A DNA stretch of 64,000 bases from an uncultured Armatimonadia bacterium (GTDB taxonomy: Bacteria; Armatimonadota; Zipacnadia; CAVVLO01). Below, one piece after another: positions 55,568 through 63,787 of the stretch; the first letter of the stretch is position 1; every line of letters starts with the position of its first letter. A program made the position numbers and the translations under genes. The notes under the pieces are model-generated. The model ran no database searches, had not been told where the DNA came from, and worked only from the letters and a program-made list of their open reading frames with translations. The stretch is from assembly GCA_963749155.1 (NCBI GenBank), contig CAVVLO010000004.1:64001-128000 (forward strand), given 5' to 3'.

Positions 55568-55633
55568 TATACCTCATTGCGCGGTAGCTTTTGCACCGCC
55601 AAACCGATCCACCAAGTCCAAGGAGCAAACTGA

Positions 55634-57379
55634 ATGCAGAACCCAATGAGCTGGCTAGTCGGATTTGCCTTGTTACTGCTGGCAGTGGCCGGATGCACCC
55701 AGGCCAAGTCTCAGACGCCACCGATGTATATCTTCACCCTCGATCCCGCGAAGACAGGCCCGACTAATTATGACGAGGTGGCCGCGCTGGTCTCGCTCCA
55801 GGGGATTATCAACCGGGAGCAGCCTCTTGTTTACATAAATAATCCAGGTTATGCCAGGCCGGAATACTGGCTGGACCTGCTCGGTAAGGAGGGGCGCTGG
55901 CTCGAAGGGCGCACCCAGGTGAAGCTGGACTCGCTCGATGACGTCTACGAGCTGGCCCAGTCAAAGCTGAAGGGCGCTGTCATCTGGGATCCTGAAGTGC
56001 CGGCCAGTTTCAACGTCGCGACGACCATCGCCGGCGTCGAGGACGCCGTCATCTTCAGTCCCGATTTTGCCAAACGCTATCTCAAGCGCTGGAACCTGCC
56101 GGTAGTGAAAGACCTGCGAGGTCTTTTCACGGGCGCCGAGACAGGCAGCAAGAAGAACGACGCTTACCGCTGGGCCATCCGGGAGTACCTCGACCAGGGC
56201 AAATGCTCTCCCCACCAGCTTTGCCTCTACCACGATGCTTTCTATGACTGGAAAGCCGGGCAAATCGCCTATTCCATAGTCCGCGACTGGGCGGTCATGA
56301 ACCGCGCTTTCGTGTTTGACCTCTCCCCCTGGGGCGATGAGGTGCCCGCCGACGACCCTGACCAGGCGCTTGGCACCGACCTGGCCACCTACAAGCTTAT
56401 CCTCGAGGCTACGCTGCGCCAGACGAAGGGCAAGCAGATGACCGAGATGGCGGGTTTCTTCAATTTCAACAAATATGCCAATATGCCAGGCCACCCAAGC
56501 AAGCATGAACCAGTGCCGACCGAATGGGAGACCGTCTGGCTTATCTCGCCCTACAACTGCTACCAGAACACCGCCACCGAGTTCTGCTACAACCAGTCTT
56601 TCCACTCTCATATGCCCAGGCAGCAACTGAAGCAGTCGCGGCCGAGCCCTGCGCCGAAGGTCGAGAACAAGGCTTACGTGGCCATCCTGATGGCGGACTA
56701 CGATTCGGCCTTCCCGCTGTACCATTTCCTGCCCAACTACTGGGAGGACGCCCATCGAGGTGCGTTGCCGCTCAACTGGGGCATCAACCCCAACCTGCTG
56801 GAGACCTATCCTGATGTCATCTCCTACTTCTACGAGACCGCAACGCCCAACGACCACTTCATCGCGGACGCCAGCGCCGCGGGTTATATGAATCCGAACC
56901 GCGTGCAGCCGCAGTATCTGCCCCTCTTCGTGAAGCACAACCGCAAGTTCTATGAGTGGGCGGATATGACTATCTCGGGGATGGTGCTGGACTGGGATCA
57001 GCCTACCCCAGCGGTGAAAGACGCCTTTCAGCAGTTCTCGCCGGACGGTTTTGCGACCATCGTGGACGATATGCACGAGCGCAAGGGCGCGCCGCCTGCC
57101 CCGCATGTATGGAAGGGGATGCCGGTTATCCAGCTCCTGGGGATGGATCCCAACAGTGCCGAGTGGAGCGCCAATGTCCTCGCGCAGACGGTGAGCGCGC
57201 GTAAACCGGACGAGCCAGGCTTCTACTATTTCCGCTGCGTGTGGGTCTCCCCCACGCAGATCCAGGCGGTGCTCGACCTCTTCGCCAAGCAGCATCCCGA
57301 GCAGGAGATCGAAGTCGTAGACCTCTATACCTTCTTCGACCTGTTCAAGCAGCATTATGGAGAGGGAGGAAGCCACTAG
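55634..57379 (+). CDS. GxGYxYP-family putative glycoside hydrolase, possible lipoprotein
   Basis: Lipobox-like VAGC; LQGIINRE, ADYDS, RGALPLNWGINP, SAAGYMNP. Confidence 0.85.
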   Translation: MQNPMSWLVGFALLLLAVAGCTQAKSQTPPMYIFTLDPAKTGPTNYDEVAALVSLQGIINREQPLVYINNPGYARPEYWLDLLGKEGRWLEGRTQVKLDSLDDVYELAQSKLKGAVIWDPEVPASFNVATTIAGVEDAVIFSPDFAKRYLKRWNLPVVKDLRGLFTGAETGSKKNDAYRWAIREYLDQGKCSPHQLCLYHDAFYDWKAGQIAYSIVRDWAVMNRAFVFDLSPWGDEVPADDPDQALGTDLATYKLILEATLRQTKGKQMTEMAGFFNFNKYANMPGHPSKHEPVPTEWETVWLISPYNCYQNTATEFCYNQSFHSHMPRQQLKQSRPSPAPKVENKAYVAILMADYDSAFPLYHFLPNYWEDAHRGALPLNWGINPNLLETYPDVISYFYETATPNDHFIADASAAGYMNPNRVQPQYLPLFVKHNRKFYEWADMTISGMVLDWDQPTPAVKDAFQQFSPDGFATIVDDMHERKGAPPAPHVWKGMPVIQLLGMDPNSAEWSANVLAQTVSARKPDEPGFYYFRCVWVSPTQIQAVLDLFAKQHPEQEIEVVDLYTFFDLFKQHYGEGGSH

Positions 57380-57380
57380 C

Positions 57381-57627
57381 GCCAGGGCGAACGGTCACTG
57401 TGAGTCCTTCAAGGGAAGCTGCGGAACGAGCTGCTCAACACCGAGCTGCTGGAGACGCTGCTGGGGGCGTGGATACTGGCGGAGCGCTGGCGAAGGCACT
57501 ACAACACGGTGCGACCACGCAGTGCTCTGGGCTACGCGCCACCAGCGCCTGAGGCGACTTAAACGAGGCCTTGAGGCCTCGTTTAAGAGTATGACCCTGG
57601 AAGTGGTAGAATAGCTGGGGCAGGTCA
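57381..57627 (+). mobile_element. IS3-family 3' remnant (OrfB C-terminus plus right end), copy 1
   Basis: Translates NGHCESFK/KLRNELLN...ERWRRHYNTVRPRSALGYAPPAPEA and ends ...GGGGCAGGTCA (IS3-type CA end). Confidence 0.85.
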
Positions 57628-57761
57628 AGCGTGTCAGCGAAGACCGGGCCGACAGGCTTCCACTACGAGGCCCAAAACAGGCTGATCTCTGGTTCCATCG
57701 TCGAGTGTGCAGGGCCCATGCAGAACAGCACGATCCATGTTCCCCCCAAGGAAGCTGAGCG

Positions 57762-58871
57762 GTGTTTAACCTTTTGGAGCAAATCGGCGACCTCGACCGG
57801 TACCCTACACTGGCCGACGTTCTGGCTCATACGCGTGCCTTGGCTGGCAGAAGCGGCTTCCACGTCGAGACGATTGGGCAGTCGCGCATGGGGCGTGACA
57901 TTGAGCTCGTATCGTTCGGGAGCGGCGACAAACCTGTGATCCTGCTGTGGGGGTTCGAGGATCCCCATGAGCCTGTCTGCGCTTGGAGCATGATGTGGCT
58001 TTGGGAGCAACTGTCAGACGCGTTCTCGCCAATCCACGAACTCGGTCTGGATTGGGCGTTCGCGCCTTGTCTTCACCCGGATGGTGTCTTGAGGAACGAA
58101 ACGTGGTTCAGCCATCCCGGCGATCTCCGGGCGTTCCTCAACGGGTGCTGGGATGAAGATAACACCTTCTACGGTCCGCCGCAGAGCGCAGAGCAGTTCG
58201 CACTGGAGCAGGCCATAGTTCGGGCGAGGCCGGAACTGCTTTTCGGGATGCACGACGAGAGTCATTTCCCGGGATATGGGTACTGGGCTCTCGTCTCCGA
58301 CGAAGATGTATTGGGGCAGCTCGGCGACCATTTCGAATACGAGAGACGCATCGGCGTGGTCCCGGTACCGGCACCCGTGAAGCCTCAGGGCATGCGGAAC
58401 TGCTGGTATTTCGGCCGGGCGCACGCTCTGACCGGCCGGTGTCTGAGCATCGTCTGCGAACCGAGGGCCTACAGGCGGCTGGCTCCGCCGCGCGAACCGG
58501 AGAACTCGCTCCGCCAGCGTTTTCTGGCAGCCGTGTCCGAATACGAGTCGACTCTCCGGGAGATTGTCGCATTCTCAGAAGAGGAGCAAGCACTGATCGA
58601 CTGTGCGGCAGAGCGCGTAGAGCGTATGCGAAGGGACTGGCTGTTCTATATCGCCGCTGGATCGTGCGGACTCCGGGTCCTCAGAGCGCATGGCAAGGCC
58701 GAGCTCGCTGAGTCTCTCGAGAGCACCTTCTGGGATTACCTCACTGCGAGACTGGACGGCACCTACACAGCGATACCCGTCCGGGATCAGGTCCGGATTC
58801 AGCTCCACTTCCTCTTCTCGGTCATCCAGGCGACAAGGAGAGGAGGACATTCAACAGTCTTAGGACCGTAA
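57762..58871 (+). CDS. M14 zinc-carboxypeptidase-fold protein
   Basis: IGQSRMGRDI, EDPHEP, PCLHPDG, RPELLFGMHD, CEP. Confidence 0.65.
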   Translation: MFNLLEQIGDLDRYPTLADVLAHTRALAGRSGFHVETIGQSRMGRDIELVSFGSGDKPVILLWGFEDPHEPVCAWSMMWLWEQLSDAFSPIHELGLDWAFAPCLHPDGVLRNETWFSHPGDLRAFLNGCWDEDNTFYGPPQSAEQFALEQAIVRARPELLFGMHDESHFPGYGYWALVSDEDVLGQLGDHFEYERRIGVVPVPAPVKPQGMRNCWYFGRAHALTGRCLSIVCEPRAYRRLAPPREPENSLRQRFLAAVSEYESTLREIVAFSEEEQALIDCAAERVERMRRDWLFYIAAGSCGLRVLRAHGKAELAESLESTFWDYLTARLDGTYTAIPVRDQVRIQLHFLFSVIQATRRGGHSTVLGP

Positions 58872-58939
58872 ACCAATGATACGGACAAGACTAGTGCACG
58901 CAACGCCTTGCGGCCGCGCGTGACCCGAGGCCGAGGCCT

Positions 58940-59647
58940 ATGAACAGGACCCGCAGCGCATACAATCGATGGTCGGGTACCTATGACGCCGACCCGAATC
59001 CCCACACGGCGCTAGAGGAGGAGCACGTTGTGGATATGGTCGCCCCCGCGCCTGGGGAATACATACTTGACGCGGCGTGTGGAACTGGAAGGTACTGCCG
59101 TCTGTTTAAGAAAAGGGGAGCACAGGTCGTTGGCATTGACTTCTCAGAGGGCATGCTCCGCGTTGCACAACAGGAATTGCTGACCATTCCTTTCCTTTGC
59201 GTAGATCTGACCGGCATTCTGCCGCTTCGGGAGGCCTGCTTCGACAAGGTTAACTGCGCACAGGCCCTAAAGCATATTCCCGATTTGACAACACCGCTGA
59301 CCGAATTCGCCCGCGTCGTGAAACCCTCTGGAACCATCACTTTCTCGGTAACGCATCCAGAGATGGACTGGGATGGCTATGAGATGTCTCGTGCGCTTTC
59401 CTTTAATCTCACTGCTGAATCCGACATCTACCATCACCGATTCTGGCAATACTTCGAGGCGATCGATCAGGTCGGCCTTCGCCTGTCGGCCTTCCGCCAA
59501 GTGCCCGTTGGCGACAAGATCCGGAAGTACCTGACTGCTGAATCATATCAGAAGGTCAAAGGCCGCTATCAGATTGCGATATTCCAGGCGATGAGGAAAG
59601 AGTCAGTCAAACCCGCCGGTACATCGCAGGCTTCACAGCGCCGCTGA
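58940..59647 (+). CDS. Class I SAM-dependent methyltransferase
   Basis: ILDAACGTGR, GIDFSEGML, FDKV, RVVKPSG. Confidence 0.9.
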   Translation: MNRTRSAYNRWSGTYDADPNPHTALEEEHVVDMVAPAPGEYILDAACGTGRYCRLFKKRGAQVVGIDFSEGMLRVAQQELLTIPFLCVDLTGILPLREACFDKVNCAQALKHIPDLTTPLTEFARVVKPSGTITFSVTHPEMDWDGYEMSRALSFNLTAESDIYHHRFWQYFEAIDQVGLRLSAFRQVPVGDKIRKYLTAESYQKVKGRYQIAIFQAMRKESVKPAGTSQASQRR

Positions 59648-59784
59648 GCCTCACAGTGACGCGAATCTGCGGCCGCACCGCGGTCCGCCCCTCCCCTCAT
59701 TGATTCGCCGCCTTCCGAAACACACCCACCACACCACCCGCTGCAAGCTGCTCCGGCGTCACCGTGACTGTCTGCCGCGTGTTC

Positions 59785-59987
59785 GGGAAGCTGCGGGACG
59801 AGTTGCTCAACACCGAGCTGCTGGAGGCAGGGATACTGGTGGGGCGCTGGCGAGAACGCTACAACACGGTGCGGCCACGCAGTGCTCTGGGCTACGTGCC
59901 ACCAGCGCCTGAGGCAATCCAGCCGAGGCCTTGAGGCCTCGGTTAAGAGTATGATCCTGGAAGTGTTAGAATAGCTGGGGCAGGTCA
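59785..59987 (+). mobile_element. IS3-family 3' remnant, copy 2 (direct repeat of copy 1)
   Basis: GKLRDELLNTELLE...RYNTVRPRSALGYVPPAPEA with the same end GGGGCAGGTCA; 12-nt internal deletion relative to copy 1. Confidence 0.85.
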
Positions 59988-60066
59988 CTCTACCTAAGCA
60001 GACCTGACTAGTAGTGTTGCCCTGAGCCTGCTATCTGGCCATGAAACTGACACGCAGGAGGCGCCA

Positions 60067-60291
60067 ATGCAAGTCCTCTGGGGAGTCCTGACGGCAGCGA
60101 TAGGGGTGTTCCTGTTCGTCTGCGGCAGCACCAGAAGCGAGTTCGTCGTCTACCGACTGCTGGCTGCGCGGGCCAAGCTTCTGTGGGGTGATAGGGTGCA
60201 TAGCTTCCTCCAGGTTGTGGGGATCCTGGTTGCCCTGTTCGGCATCGCCATGGCGCTGGGGTACATACCGGTCCGGGAGCGGCTGGACTAG
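60067..60291 (+). CDS. Small two-TM membrane protein
   Basis: AGGAGG RBS, ATG, two hydrophobic helices, 74 aa. Confidence 0.7.
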   Translation: MQVLWGVLTAAIGVFLFVCGSTRSEFVVYRLLAARAKLLWGDRVHSFLQVVGILVALFGIAMALGYIPVRERLD

Positions 60292-60402
60292 CCGAAAGGG
60301 CGACCTCCCGCGGGCCGGGAAGGCCGGGCGGGTGGCGGATCATCAGCCCGCAGGACGAATCCCAGTCGGGCGAGAGCGTGATAGCAGAGGCAGAGCGGAC
60401 CT

Positions 60403-60501
60403 GCGCGGCGACACAGTACCGTGGGCTACGTGCCACCCGCGTCGGCGGCGACCCAGCCGAGAGTACGAGAGCGGGTGTGGTACCATCACCGGGGTAGGTC
60501 A
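60403..60501 (+). mobile_element. More diverged IS3-family right-end remnant, copy 3
   Basis: GCGCGGCGACACAGTACCGTGGGCTACGTGCCACCCGCG...CCAGCCG aligns to copies 1 and 2; ends GTGGTACCATCACCGGGGTAGGTCA. Confidence 0.7.
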
Positions 60502-60581
60502 TGGCCACGCCCTCGGCGGCAGGAGACCAACTTCTGATTCCGACTTCCTTGCCGCTTGTACTTCACAGGGAGCGATAAGTG

Positions 60582-61545
60582 ATGAAGGCGGTTCGATACC
60601 ACGACTACGGTGGACCCGAGGTGCTTTGTTACGAGGACGCGCCGATCCCGGAGCCGGGACCGCGTGAGGTCCTTGTCCGCGTCCACGCAGCGGGGGTGAA
60701 TCCCGCCGACCGGCAGATCCGCACGGGCCTGCGGTTCCGGCTGGAGAAGCCCTTCGCTTTCATCCCCGGCTGCGAGGTGTCAGGCGTGGTGGAGGAGACT
60801 GGGTCAGACGTCACAGAGTTTACGGATGGCGACGACGTCTATGGCTTGCTCGGCTTTGGGGGCGGATATGCGGAATATGCGGTCGCAACCGCGGACAACC
60901 TTGGCCGGAAGCCCGTGTCTCTGGACCATGTGCATGCGGCCGCACTGCCGGTCGCCGCGCTGACCGCTTGGGATGCCCTGTTCGAGGTCGGGGGTTTAAT
61001 CGCCGGGCAGCAGGTGCTTATTCACGCGGCTGCTGGCGGTGTCGGGCACATCGCCGTTCAGTTGGCAAAGTGGCGGGGCGCCCATGTGATCGGCACGGCA
61101 TCGGCACGGAACGAAGCGTTCCTCCGGGAACTCGGTGTCGATGAGTTCATCGACTACCGGGCCACCGCGTTCGAGTCCGTTGTGCGGGACGTGGATGTGG
61201 TTCTCGATTTGATCCCCCGAGAGGCCGACGATGGGATCGATGCACTCGCCTGGGAGACGATGGACCGATCTTGGGCGGCCCTCAGGGACGGCGGAATTCA
61301 GGTTTCGATCTGCGCCAACCCGACGCCCCGGCCCGATGCTGCCAAGCGAGGACTTCGCGGCGCATACGCGGTAGCCAGGCCCGAGCAAGGAGCTCCTGAG
61401 CCGGATTGCCGGTCTGGTTGACGAAGGGAAGCTGAGACCCGATGTCGGCACGGTCTTCTCCCTGCGGGAGGCCAGACAAGCCCATGAGTTGATCCAGACA
61501 GGCCATACCCGTGGCAAGATCGTGTTGCGGGTGGATGAGCTATGA
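60582..61545 (+). CDS. NADP-dependent oxidoreductase, MDR/quinone-reductase family (one frameshift near 61380)
   Basis: MKAVRYHDYGGPEVL, AAGVNPAD, LIHAAAGGVG. The shifted frame continues ELLSRIAGLVDEGKL...GHTRGKIVL to TGA 61543-61545. Confidence 0.9.
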
Positions 61546-61876
61546 CAAGCCCGGAAGCTTTGCCCGCCGGCTCGACGGACCCCTTCATGGGCTACATGGA
61601 ACCGCTGGTCAGCCTGCCCGGCGCCGGCGGCGCAGTATTTCACCGGGCTGGCCGCTCCGACTCTCCAGACATACGCGCCGACCGGGATCTTGATCTGGTA
61701 CTCGGTGGCATGTCTGTCTTCCCGGCCTTGACCGTTCTGGGCGTGACGCTCGCACGCCCGCCACTCTTGCTGGCGACTGACCTAGATGTCGCTGTCCCCT
61801 GTCTCTGGGCAACGGGTGCCATTTCTTCACTCATTGCCAAGCGCAGCTAGCAGTGCGTGCCTGTCAACGCCCAGGC

Positions 61877-61980
61877 TACTCGAAGAGGCTGACTGACATC
61901 GAGTACCCGGACTCTTCCGAGACCAACTACATATAAAACTCTGCCGGGCAGCGACTGACCAAGGTCGCCTTCAGCGCGGT
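61877..61980 (+). pseudogene. Decayed Rhs/YD-repeat fragment
   Basis: Translates YSKRLTDIEYPDSSETNYI*NSAGQRLTKV, matching the Rhs RLT.I.YPD....Y.Y...GQR..K pattern with an in-frame TAA at a Tyr position. Confidence 0.6.
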
Positions 61981-62024
61981 CATTAGGGGGATTTGGGCTA
62001 GACCAAGCATTTTTTTTGCATATG

Positions 62025-62033
62025 TGCTATACT
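62025..62033 (+). promoter_or_regulatory. Extended -10 sigma70-type element for the helicase gene
   Basis: TGCTATACT after a T-tract, about 120 nt upstream of the TTG start. Confidence 0.5.
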
Positions 62034-62153
62034 TCGTGAAATTGTTACGTCGGTTCGGCACTGGCCTGGTTTTTGTCGTATGTATACGGCCTTCGCTAGC
62101 TCCTTAGACTGAATCCGCGAGACAATAGCGAAGACAACCAGGAGAGTGCAGAA

Positions 62154-63665
62154 TTGAAAACCAGGGACACAGTCCTAACGTGCCGGCATTGCCAGGCACA
62201 ATTTCCTTTTACCCCCGAGCAGCAGGCCGATTATGAGCGGCAAGGCTATGCTCTTCCCACCCGATGCCCCGAGTGCCAGGCCAAGCGCCAGGCCAAGCGG
62301 CAGGCTAGTCGCGGTGCGGATCCAACAACCACCACCCCCCGCAGCAAGCGGGCTGTCAAGCCCGAGCGCGAAGCGGGACAGGCTTCCGTAGCCCCAATGA
62401 CCAGTTCCGAGAACAGAGTCAGTGAGGCCTTCAGGGCCTTCGGGCTGGATGGCCGCCTCGAGCGCGCCATCTGCGAGGCCGGCTTCGAGACGCCGACTCC
62501 CGTGCAGGCAGCGACTATACCCGCCGGGCTGGAAGGCCACGACATCATCGGCACCGCGCAGACAGGCACCGGTAAGACGGCGGCTTTCGTGCTGCCCATC
62601 TTGCAGCACCTGTTGGAGAATCCCTCCAGGCGTCCAGGCACTCGCGTCGTGGTGCTTACTCCCACCCGCGAACTCGCCGAGCAGGTAAATGCCGTTTTCA
62701 AGCAACTTGGCAAATATACGAAAATCAAGTCGGCGACCGTCTACGGCGGCGTCGGGATGGGCCCGCAGCAGCGCGCTCTGCGCGACGGCACCGAGATCAT
62801 CGTAGCCTGCCCCGGCAGGCTGCTCGACCATATGGATCGCGGCAACACCAATTTCAGCACCGTGGACAAGCTTGTGCTGGATGAGGCCGACCGGATGCTG
62901 GATATGGGCTTCCTTCCGCCAATCAAGCGCATCCTTTCCAAGCTTCCGAGCGACCGGCACACGCTGCTTTTCTCGGCCACTTTCGCCCCCGAGCTCAACC
63001 AGCTCGCCGCGGACCATCTGAAGAACCCGCAGCGTATAGCCGTTGATCTTCACGCGCCGGCCACGACTGTTGCGCATGCCCTTTATCCGTGCCCGCAGCA
63101 TCGCAAGACCGCCCTTGTGTTGAGGCTCCTCGAGAAGACGGACACTCAATCAGTCTTGATCTTCATCCGCACCAAGCACAAGGCAAGTCAGGTGGCTGAG
63201 CAGATCGAGAAGGCGGGTTACAGCACCGCCGCGCTGCACGCCAACAAATCTCAGTCGCAGCGTCAGACTGCGCTGAAGGACTTCCGCTCGGGGCGTTGCC
63301 AGATAATGGTAGCGACCGACATCGCGGCCCGCGGGCTGGACGTAGAGTCTATCTCGCATGTCATCAACTACGATATCCCCGACACCGCGGATACCTATAT
63401 CCATCGCATCGGCCGCACTGGCAGAGCCGAGCGCACAGGTCACGCTCTGACCCTCGTCACCCGCGAGGACAAGGGACTGGTCTATGAGATCGAGAAAGTA
63501 CTTGGAGACACTATCGAGTGCGTAAAACTCGAGGATTTCGATTACAGCATACCTGTCAGCCAAAACGCGAAGTTCAAGCAGGGCTCTCCTTCCCCGCGCG
63601 GCCAGAGAAGCGCGCCGACTTCCTTCACCTCACCGCGCAAGCGTCGTGGAAGTCAACTGCGTTAG
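62154..63665 (+). CDS. rhlE: DEAD-box RNA helicase (RhlE-like) with N-terminal CxxC...CxxC zinc ribbon
   Basis: Q-motif, AQTGTGKT, PTRELA, PGRL, DEAD, SAT, ARGLD, HRIGRTGR. N-terminal CRHC...FTPEQQ..Y...GY..PTRCPEC. Confidence 0.85.
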   Translation: MKTRDTVLTCRHCQAQFPFTPEQQADYERQGYALPTRCPECQAKRQAKRQASRGADPTTTTPRSKRAVKPEREAGQASVAPMTSSENRVSEAFRAFGLDGRLERAICEAGFETPTPVQAATIPAGLEGHDIIGTAQTGTGKTAAFVLPILQHLLENPSRRPGTRVVVLTPTRELAEQVNAVFKQLGKYTKIKSATVYGGVGMGPQQRALRDGTEIIVACPGRLLDHMDRGNTNFSTVDKLVLDEADRMLDMGFLPPIKRILSKLPSDRHTLLFSATFAPELNQLAADHLKNPQRIAVDLHAPATTVAHALYPCPQHRKTALVLRLLEKTDTQSVLIFIRTKHKASQVAEQIEKAGYSTAALHANKSQSQRQTALKDFRSGRCQIMVATDIAARGLDVESISHVINYDIPDTADTYIHRIGRTGRAERTGHALTLVTREDKGLVYEIEKVLGDTIECVKLEDFDYSIPVSQNAKFKQGSPSPRGQRSAPTSFTSPRKRRGSQLR

Positions 63666-63689
63666 GAAAGACCTTTAACCGCCTCACAG

Positions 63690-63729
63690 AAGCCGCTGGG
63701 CCGAACGACTGGCCTGGCGGCTTTTTGTT
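63690..63729 (+). terminator. Rho-independent terminator
   Basis: AAGCCGCTGGGCC-loop-GGCCTGGCGGCTT followed by TTTGTT. Confidence 0.8.
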
Positions 63730-63787
63730 GGGGCTACCTGGAGTATAATTGTAAGAGTGTCAGTGACGCCCAGGAGGAGGCCGGCAG

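Noticed and set aside
57381..59987. Intact composite transposon bounded by copies 1 and 2
   Set aside because: Both copies are right-end fragments with no left IR or transposase, and no target-site duplication was evident.
61542..61850. 102-aa ORF after the oxidoreductase
   Set aside because: No motif; partly hydrophobic in different frames. It may be a decayed membrane gene but cannot be supported.
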